From the IMG/VR virus record IMGVR_UViG_3300018050_001510: 64,000 nt of DNA; one strand, given 5' to 3'. Positions 27,501-37,000 of the stretch are shown here, one piece after another (positions within the stretch are counted from its first letter, which is position 1; each line of letters opens with the position of its first letter). Origin of the DNA: an uncultured virus (IMG/VR IMGVR_UViG_3300018050_001510). Lineage: Duplodnaviria; Heunggongvirae; Uroviricota; Caudoviricetes. The notes under the pieces are model-generated. The model had not been told where the DNA came from. It did no database searches and was given only the letters and a program-made list of their open reading frames with translations. A program made the translations under genes and the position numbers.

Positions 27501-28081
27501 TACCGACCAATATAACGTACCAAATCTTCCTTACCATAACGAGCAATAGCCTTTTGAACTAAAGGATGGTTCTGAAACATATCAATATAATGGTGAGCAT
27601 ATTCATGGGGCGGAACTTCCAATTTAGCATCATTAGCCCAAGCAACAGCAGAAATAAAAGCATCACGATAATGTAACCCTTGAATATTTTCATTTATAGG
27701 AACAAACAAACCATCGGGAGTAAGAATACCATCTTTCATAATCTTAACCTCTGGGTACATTCTTTTAAGGTCGTCAATTATATCGTTTGCTATCTCAGGA
27801 TGTGATTCTACAGTAGCTTTTGTAAGTTTACTAGGAACAATATTCTCTCCATCGATATCCGCTTCTTCATGGTAGTAGCCGGCATCATCCGTTTTTATAC
27901 CACGACCTTGAATTTTCATATCGCTAATCTGATCGTCCAATTGTTCAAGGGTAGGAAAGACATCTTCACTTCCGTTAAGTTCTTGCCAAAGACCAATATG
28001 AGCAGCTACTACAACAGGATTAAGTCCAAGCTGTATAGCTAAATCTGTTACCTCTTTACTATTATGATTTACACAACTCAT
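24584..28081 (-). CDS. large ejection/cargo protein with zincin-like HExxH motif
   Basis: N-terminal MSCVN..EV..LA..LG...W..FPT and PPHEYAH; immediately downstream of the vRNAP gene. Confidence 0.7.
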   Translation of the reverse strand: MSCVNHNSKEVTDLAIQLGLNPVVVAAHIGLWQELNGSEDVFPTLEQLDDQISDMKIQGRGIKTDDAGYYHEEADIDGENIVPSKLTKATVESHPEIANDIIDDLKRMYPEVKIMKDGILTPDGLFVPINENIQGLHYRDAFISAVAWANDAKLEVPPHEYAHHYIDMFQNHPLVQKAIARYGKEDLVRYIGRYYLGQKMSNNFTNFLGEFWDMVRSLFGHPNIKKDLAKAFTKGKRLGTESVGTGEVSFMTTPVTPNGNPNTKSKNWVQKIKNRFNGSFNTMGNFQEEQANQITPEMARLSIAKELGDPISDAFDDINKRHLLGLTARRLMVDLLETDKINGIYRNADGLSIEEMKDVIKYFDVLDNQRINDIILKLQGNKEIELTGPELEVYDMLIRMQQRLIYSAKISQSYYTDQGKITDRKNVDDSIGSEFSTTETKKAETYKKLKYKWLQNFAKWTESALIALQINKETLSMLMSGGEHTAFTNFFVRAFNNAQRKMDALLQIVDEKLNIITNKPKNFDDWGYISSGKKKIDQLVGREIMMDDGSGPKMVKLTNQELLNIYFILRQTSDKNGNPPPADALVKHGMYFNDAIPGREVSMATAYKISREDLITIKESIEADPVMKQIIESVNQSTDIIYDAVNKTYIQDMGYDLTKMPNYFPVSFGSAASNVKQHQSKVMGLSSAKTRLGGDKAVLIGDASSVFNAYKNSSILYATHALEISNNRKLLETFKKKYAHDKTMSIYFDQIEGTLNRIENGATIFNSKGESNFENAMNKISSNLAVSALSANIPVLLKQPLSYMAAKIAIDAKYLAKAGWKVGGMVGIKPGGVIKALKYTGVKDGKTMIPVEWQYDENHPSIKEIFKYSPTLARRTLGVINREAGEAFNDQQSGDDKIRIPGTEIYISKKRLMAGIITMDTITMASVWEAVKHETEDLHPELVPGSEEYWQHIAERAEEVFQKTQPTHNEMGRSELETYNNPLARIFTMFGSPRSKLANIMMQDMIRFVVNPTKENKKKMFATMTNVFVYTGLSLAAIDLLSGVLRGKFDDEDEMIDSARMTLITNNLGTFWGLGELSRMIQSRIDSAPWTANLEHPFQALVTRSADALGHVYDGDYDKAFFKMGGVVANSTGLPATPLNYANDFYRAVFEPKSNVTTIMIRKKD

Positions 28082-28082
28082 A

Positions 28083-31000
28083 TTAAATACATTTAAGGGC
28101 GTTATTTCGAACTTCTGAAGGCGAATTTACGAAATCTTGCATTGTCCAGCCACGAGCAATTAAACCTTTTGAGTTTTCTGTCCATTGTTTATATGGATTT
28201 TGTTCAATCATTGCTTTAGCAAACGTCATTTGTTCAGTAACTTTAGGTGCAGACTCAGTAGATCCTTGAATACTAGTAGATGGTTGAGTAGGTTCAGTTT
28301 TTTCAGTATTAGGTACAGTATTTTCCTCCATCAAATCGTATTTAGTATAATTCTCTGTCTGTTCAAAACTTCCTTGGTCAATCGGTGAAATGGTAACTGG
28401 CATAGATTCAGTCAAAGAACCATTAGCATCACGTGGAGCCGATTCTAACCATGATTTAATCGCTTCCATATTTACTTCATAAGCAATTTTTTTACCATCA
28501 ATAGTTAGATTAAATGAAGTTGGATTATTTGCATTAGCAAAATTAAAGAACGACTTATAATCCATTGAAGATATTGTTTTTCCTACAAGTTCTAATAATT
28601 GCTCATTAGAATATTGACCACTTCCAAAATCTCTCATCTGAGAAGAATTCATTAATGATTTCAATCTAATGTTTCCTTTTGAATCAGCATACTTACTATA
28701 AACCTTTTCATTCAACCTAAAGTTGTTTAATTTAGATTGTAAAGACAGTATAGCATTCTTCTTTAGAATAGGCATATTCTTAGTTAAAAAACTTTTACCA
28801 AAAGCATTTTTATCTTTTATCTTATTATGCTTAACAGTATTGTATTTCATAAATTTACTAAGGTCAAGACCAATCTGAGTATTTTTTAAATCACGATAAG
28901 GTATCATATCAAATAATGTTCCTCTAGCATCTGAAATACCATGACGTAAAATTTGATATTGTAATAATTCAAGTTGCACAGGCATTGGTAATTCAGTAAA
29001 TGCTTTTTGAACCATTTCTCTATAAGTTTGTGAAGCAGAATAATAATCATTTCTTGGTTTAATCAAAGTAATTTGTTCACCAGACTTATTTGTTTTTGTT
29101 TCTACTTGTAAAGATTGAATAAATAAATTATCCCCAATAGCTTTAATATCGGCTGGCAACGTTTCTAAAAACTCAATATTTTTATTAAGTGCCGGTACTA
29201 ATTCTTCAAAAGCAATATTACCTGAATTCTGCCATTCTAAAGCAACTCTTTTTAATTTGCCAGTATCACTATTGTTTTCTTTAATAACATTTGAAATCTC
29301 ATTAAAACCAATATCTCCAGCAACCATTGGTTCACCAGATGAATCAAGAACATCAAATTCTTTACCTTTAGCCATCTTTTGAGCAATATTAACCATTGAC
29401 GATAATCGATTAATAAACTGCTTACTATTTTCAATAGGCTTAACTGAAATACCAAGAACTCTTTTTATTCTTTGAAATTCTTTATTCATAAATTTTTGAA
29501 AAAGAATATTTAAAAACACACGATCAATCTGTTTTTTAATTTTGTCCTCTGGCATTTTGAAATTAGTCTTAATCTCATCATTAATAGAATTTATTTCATC
29601 AATGTTTGTAATAAATCTATTCTTGTATAAATCATTTTCAGCTTTTAAAACATTGTAATAATGATTAAATAATGGACGTTCAAAAAATGTTCCTGTATTA
29701 ATTTTAGAATTTCCTTTTTTAATGCTTTCCATTTTTTCAAACTTCTGACGAGCTTCAAAACTACTGTTAGGTAAACTACCATCCATTTGTACAATAGAAG
29801 ATAAATCAAAAACATCAGAAGCAATAGCTTGTAATTCTACAAATTTCTTAATTATATCCAAATCCTTTTGCTCTTCACCAGAAATAAGTTCAGCTCGTTT
29901 ATATCCTGTTTTTCCATCAACGGTAACAGCATAAACATTATAACTTTTACCATTAAATTGATACGTTCCTGGAGGAAGACTATCAAATATAGGCTCAGTA
30001 AGTCCAGCTTCAAAAAGAACAGCTTTAGTTCTTTGATTACTGATATCCTTTCCTTCCATTTTTTTAACGTACTCTTCCAAAATAGTTTTAGGAGATTTAC
30101 TATAATTAGTAGAATAAATATTATTTGATTCATCAACCATCTTTTGATATCTTACAATAGCAGGATCGGTTAAAAATCCAGTAATACTTTTGTTATCTAC
30201 ACCTAATTGTAAAAGCAAAGAAGCAACACCCAAATTATTTTGATTAACACCCATACCTAAAATGTACGGATCTTTAATCATATCGACAATAGCCTGAACA
30301 AACAAAGCCATATCCTTAAACTGTTTTCTTGTAAAATCAGAAAGATATTTATTTGTACTAAACTTTCTGTTTTTACCATCAAACTCATAATTAAAACCAA
30401 TAGGTGATTTTAATTTAGCTCCTACCTGAGAAAGTACATTCATCATTTTCATACCAACAGCAGCCACACCAATACCATCCTGAGCAAAGTTCATTTTAGA
30501 CTGAGTGGTAGCCATATCAACAGGATTACTCACCGTATAAGAATTGTCATTATAAAGTTCAGCTTGTTCTAAAAATTCTTTAAATTCATTTGAATCAACA
30601 GATGTTTGTGCCTGTTCAATATATTCAGGTTTTGACATTTGATTTAAAAAGAAATCTACAATTTTATTTGCAGCAGAATCTTTTGTTGTACCTGATTTAT
30701 CAATATCTCTACGATAAACAAAAGTTTTATCACCATCGTTATCTGCACCAGCTTTATCCATAAATTCTTTTGGAAGAATACATGTATTTGAATCGCCATC
30801 AATAAGGTATTTTACACGACCTCTAAATGCTGACATTGGACCAGAAGCGGGAACACGAACAATAGAAACATCACGAAGAGATGGATTGTTTTTTAAATTT
30901 TCCTCAGCCTCTTCACGAGTTTTGCCAAACATTGACCAAGGCATTCCTACCTCTGGAAACTCTTGTTTACCATTTTCATTTCTATACCATTTTAAATCGG

Positions 31001-34000
31001 AACTATAATTAGGAATGTTGTGTAAATACTGTCCAGGAATTTCTAAACGAATACCATCACGATGTAATGATGAAGCTACCATTTGCTCCATAATATGTTT
31101 CATTTTAGGATGGTCAGCCGTATAAGCAAACTCATCATTTAATTCTGAAATCTTTTGATTAGCATCTTTAATTTGTTGTTCAGTAGAATTTTTATCATTT
31201 TTTATTTTATAAGCATCATTTAATTGTGCTTGTATTGTTTCATTCCATTTAACAATCTCACGCATTAACTTAGTTATCTGAGAATCTTTTCTATCACCAG
31301 AATCATCAAGCATCTTTTTAATAAAGTTTGTTTTACTATTAAGATCTTTGTATGTATCAGACTTAGAAATACCTTCTCCATTTGGAACACCAAGATTAGA
31401 AAGTAATGTTTCTACAATACTATTTTCAAAAGCAGTATTATCTTCATTGGTAGAAAAACTTTGAAGAATTTTTAATAACTGAGTAGAAGCAACAGACTTT
31501 TGTTTATCAATTTCTTTTTCAGAAATATTTTTAGTCATATTAAAAGGAATACGATAACCATTAAAATCAGTAGTCATCGATGTTTTATTTATAGCATCAA
31601 CATTTCCATTATTTACATTAGCCATAAAATCTTTTAATGTCATAATGTTTTCTTTAGAAACTTGTTGAGTTCCTTTTACAGCCTTACTATCTACAATTTT
31701 AATCTTTTGTTTTTTTCCTGTTTTTTGTTCAATTAAATTTTCAAGTTTAATAATAGCATCACCAATATTTTTATAATTAAATTCAGAATCGGTATTTCCA
31801 TTTAATTCAGCTAAAGAAGTTGTATCTCCTTTTCTAAAAGTATTTAATGAAGACATTTTTAAGAACAATGATTTACCGTCAGGTTGAACTTGAAAAACAA
31901 CATCTTTCATATTCAATCCAACAGTATCAAGTTCACCAATCATTTGTTTAATAAAATCAGCAAAATGAGAACCATTAATAGACATTGAATCAGAAAGACC
32001 TTCCGTATCTAATACAATAACCATTACATCTGGAACTTGTACTAATGTTCCATTACTTGTTGCTCCACCAGCACGTTTAATTACATCAAATGTATTTTTA
32101 TAATCAGCCATTTGACCAATTAAAATATCGGTAGCGTAAATACGATTAATAGTATCATTCAATAGGAAGTGTCCAATAATTTTTTCAATATTAGGAACAA
32201 CCTTTCCGTCAACAGTTTTCTTATAATCAAGAGTTGAATTTTTATTCATGAACATAGCAGTAAATGTTTGTTCCATGTTTGTATTTTTCAAAACCTGTTT
32301 AATAGAATCAATAGAATTTTTTATTAAATCATTTCTACTATAAACTCCTTTATCGTAAGGGCTTAAAACTTTACCATTAACAACATCAAAAAGAGAAGTA
32401 TTTTTAATTGTTTCAATAGTCTTTGCTTTGTTTTTTGATTTATCTAATAACTCCTGAAGGTTTGATTTGATATTATTCAATTCATTTTTTAACTGTTCAT
32501 CAGTAGTATATCTTGTAGCTGAAACAGTAAACATCATATCACGATCAGCATTAATCATTGGATTTTGTTGATACTCGGTTTCAGAGCCAACAGAATAATT
32601 GATAAGTGCATTTAGTAACATATCTGTTTCTGTAAACTTGCCGTATTCTCTAGATTTATTTGTTTCAATATTATCTACACCATCTAAAATTTGATATCCA
32701 AACTTACCTTCAATAATCTTTTTAACTATTGGATTATTTTTGTATAGTTTGTTTTTAAGCATTTCTGCTTGGTGTTTTAAATTTGTTCGTATCAAACGAG
32801 AAATATCAGATAAATAATCACCTAATGAAATAGATGGTTTATTTGCTCCAGTCACACTAATAAATCCAGCTGATAACTCACTTATACTATCTGAAGCCTC
32901 AACAATACCTTTTATGTAAGACTGAATATCTGGCTTTTCACCATTGTATCTATTTACATTTTTAACAACACGAAGTATATCAGACATCATGTTTGTTTTT
33001 TTCTGAATAACTTGTCTTTTATATTCTAATGGATTAGATTCTTTTAATCCAGCTGGAATTTTTCCAAGTAAATTATTATTGATATACTCAGGAGTAATTT
33101 TAATTTGACTACTTGCAAGAATATCATTTATTGCTTGAATAAATTCTTTAAAATTATTTTCTAAATAATCATAAACTTCTTCAATTTGAGTATCAGTTAA
33201 ACCATTTTTATCATAATATTTTAATGGTTCTAATTGTTTATCTTTTGGTAAAAATTTATCCTTTGGACGAATTTCCATAATACCATTATCCTTGATTAAA
33301 AAATATTTTTCTACTTTACTAATAACTTCATTAAAATATGTTTTAAAATCACTTTTGAATTCTTTTAGTTGATTCATTACATCTGTAACTGCACTTGTAA
33401 TTTTCTCATTTTTATTTTGAATTTTAGAAAATACACGAGGAAGCATTACAGTATCTTTAACTGTATCACCTTCTGAATATTCACCTGATTCAAGTTCAGC
33501 TTCATTAGGAGAACGAAAAATAACAGTTTCCTTATTTTCAATAATGTGAGCATTGCTTTTTTCCTGAGCAAGAGAATGTAATTCCGTAATAAATGATTGT
33601 CTAACATCAGGAGTATTTTCTAATTCTTTAAATAATTCAGATAAACGAACAGACTCAATAGTTCCATTATTTCTAGCATCCTCATTAATCAATTCAACCA
33701 AATCATATCCTTGTTGGTTAATATCAGTAATGTATTTTGTAACATTATCCTTACCAATTAAATGACCTTCATCATCAACCAATGAATTAATAACAGAAGT
33801 AATAGTATCATTTAATGCTCTTAATCTTTTTACAGCACTAGCACTATCCTTTGCAATTACATCCTTACCATCTTCATCAAACTTAATTTCAGTATTTGAA
33901 TTTGCTATATTAGTTGCAGCACGAGAAAGCCTTTCATTAACTTGTGGATTGGCTGACATAAATGCCATATTAAAAGCATTCTGGTCTTTTACTTCATCAC

Positions 34001-37000
34001 CAGTAGGAACATAATTTATATTATTAAAACCTTGAATTGTTCCTTTTGGATCATCCTTAAATTCTCTTTCAAAAGTTTTTCTAAGTTCAGATAAAGCAAA
34101 ATGATAATATACACTTGGATCACGAGGATTAATATCTTGTCCTATATAATCATTGTTGTACATCATTTCAATTCTACGAAGCATCATACTATTTACACCA
34201 ACATCCATCAAAGATTTTTGGTCAGTATTAATACGCATCTCTGCATTTGTTCCTGCCAATCTTCCAATAGGAACATTGATTGACTGATTAGCAAAAGTCA
34301 TTGTATCGGAAAGTAATTTAATGACATCGGGAGCGAGAGTTTTAGGGAACAATGCTTTCACCTTATTCCAAAATCTCGATAACCAATCCATAAATTTACC
34401 GAGCATACCATTATTAAAATTACGGTTCAATGAATCAAGAGAAGTTTCAGCGATAGCTTGTACCAACGCTTCTTCTAGTTGCTCTTCACGAGTTTTATCA
34501 GGATAGGTTTCTTTTGCCCACTGGTCATAAAGAGTTCCTTCAACGGTCTTTAATCCCGCTTTAACCCAAGGATGGTCTTTACCAAGTAACTCCACAAAAA
34601 TATGTGCGTACTCATGGATGATTGTTGATTGACGTGCGTTCTTTGGGTCAATCTCAATTACTCCTTCAATTAATCTACCGATTGTTCTTGGTCCGGCTTT
34701 ACGCAAAGCTTCTTTGAGTTGGCGAACAGGAACACCTGGGAATATCTTTTGGAAGTGCATTAATATACGAGAATACAATTCAGGATTTTCACTGATTAAT
34801 GTATCGATGGAAGACTGAGAAGTAAACTCACGCTGTTCTTTTGGTTTAACCTTTTCATTCGGCTTGATTAACTGTTTAAGTTTTTTATCCGAAGGAAACA
34901 TGTCTAATTGAGGATTATCAACAGACTCATTTTGCAAACTCGGTTGAGAGTCATTAGTTTTTTGTTCTGTTAAATAATTATCAATTTTTGTAATATCTTC
35001 TTCTAATTGACTAATAATATTATTTATTTGTTCAATTGTAAGCATTCGCTCAGGATTTGATTTCATTAAAATAAAATCCTGATATTTATTATATAAATAA
35101 TCAGAAGACTCTTTTAATGCTTGTGGATCAACAGGAATATTAGAATCTATTCTATCCATTGTATTTACTAATACTTTTGGCATATCTTCAAAATAATCAA
35201 CATCCACACCAAATCCTTGAATATTTTTTACTATTTCATCTCTTTTTTCATCAAATTCTTTTTCAGTAATTTGTTCAGTGCTTTCTGTTTTATTTTCAGT
35301 AGGAGTTTCTGTTTCGGATTGTTCAAATTCGTTTTCATATTCAGTAATTATTTGTTTTTGTAATTCAATTAAAGTTTCTTTTATTGCTTGAGCATAATCA
35401 CTATTAGGATAAGATTGATTGATACGAATTAACTTTGCTTTAATGTATGCTTTTAATTCTTCTAATAAATCTTCCGGTATAAATTCTGTATTAAATTCGG
35501 ATATATTTTCTGGAATACCTTCATTTAATAACGAAGCAAGCTGATTAGTTAATCCAGCTTCCATCATGCTATCAATATCGTTTATTTCTTTTTTACTAAC
35601 TCCTTGTTCAACTATTTGCTCATTAACTTGCTCAATCGTTTCAGGAATTTCTTTTTGTAAGTCTAATCGATTTCTTTGAATTTCTGCATCAACTAAAGCT
35701 TGTTCCTGACGAATGGTTCTTTTATCATTTTTTAATGAAATAATATTTCCTTTTTCATCAGTTTGTATTTGATATTGTTCACCATCAACTTCGACAGTAT
35801 TCTCATCAGTTACCTTAACAGAATATTGTTTTTGTTTTTTACGTGAGCTTCTTTTCTTTTGAACAACAGTTTCTTTTTTAACTTCAACTGTTTCTGTAAT
35901 TCCAAGACCAGACAATGTTTGTTTGCCATCCTTACCTAAATCATAAATACGATTACCAACTTCAACACCATAAGTACCATCGTCTTCTTTAATTAAAGTT
36001 CCTTCTTGCCCTCTATAATTTACTTTTTTACCAACAGTTTCTTCAATTGACTTAATTTCTTCTTTAGGTTTTATTTTTTTATTTCTTGAATCACGTTCAT
36101 TTTTTAACTCATTTAATTCTTTAGTTTTTTGAGTTAATTTAAAAACATTTGGCTCTGCACCTAAATTATAAATCTCTTTCTCTTTTTCAAAAATTTTTTC
36201 AGTTAATTCTTCTTCGGATAAAGATTTTAAATTATCATTTTTTTCTTTAAATGATTCACGCTTTTTAGCTATTTCATTCATCAACTCAGGAGTATATAAA
36301 TTTTCCTTTGTTGCTTGGTCAGTAATAGCATCAAGTTCTTTTTCAGAAACAGTTTTATCAACTAAATCAGAATATTTATTTTTAGGAGCAACATTTTTTT
36401 TCTTATCTCTCCTTGCTTTTTCTTCTTTAGCCTGAGAAAGAAAAAAATCTTCTTCTGAAGTACGATTTTTAGTTTCAGACAATTTTTTAATTGCCATATC
36501 AAGTGATGAATCGGAAGCATCTTTATAAGAATTATTTTTTTCTTCCCACTTTTCAATCGATTCTTTACTCGCTTCTTTAAATGGAATATTTTTTATTCCC
36601 GCTTTTTTATATGCAAGGTATCTATGATGTCCATCAATAATATGTTGTTTACCATCATTGGTTTCAATGGTTTCAATTGATTCAATTTCTTTTCCCGCTT
36701 TAATTGATTCTACAATTTCATCAACAATCTTTTCATCCTTTGTTTTTAAATCTTCAGTAGGAACAAAATTTTCTATTGGAGCAGTAATAACTTTTGGTTC
36801 AGCTTTCTTTTGCTTTGCATCATTCCACTCTTTCTCTGCCGTTGGCATATCATCATACATTTCAGCCAAAGCATCGTAAGAAATACCATATTTAGCCTCT
36901 AATTCCTTTTTACCTTTTTCCTTTATCGCTTCATCAGTTTGGTCAACAACATTTTTCTTTACATCGTTCATCACATCTTCAAAGTTGTTGTCATCAACAA

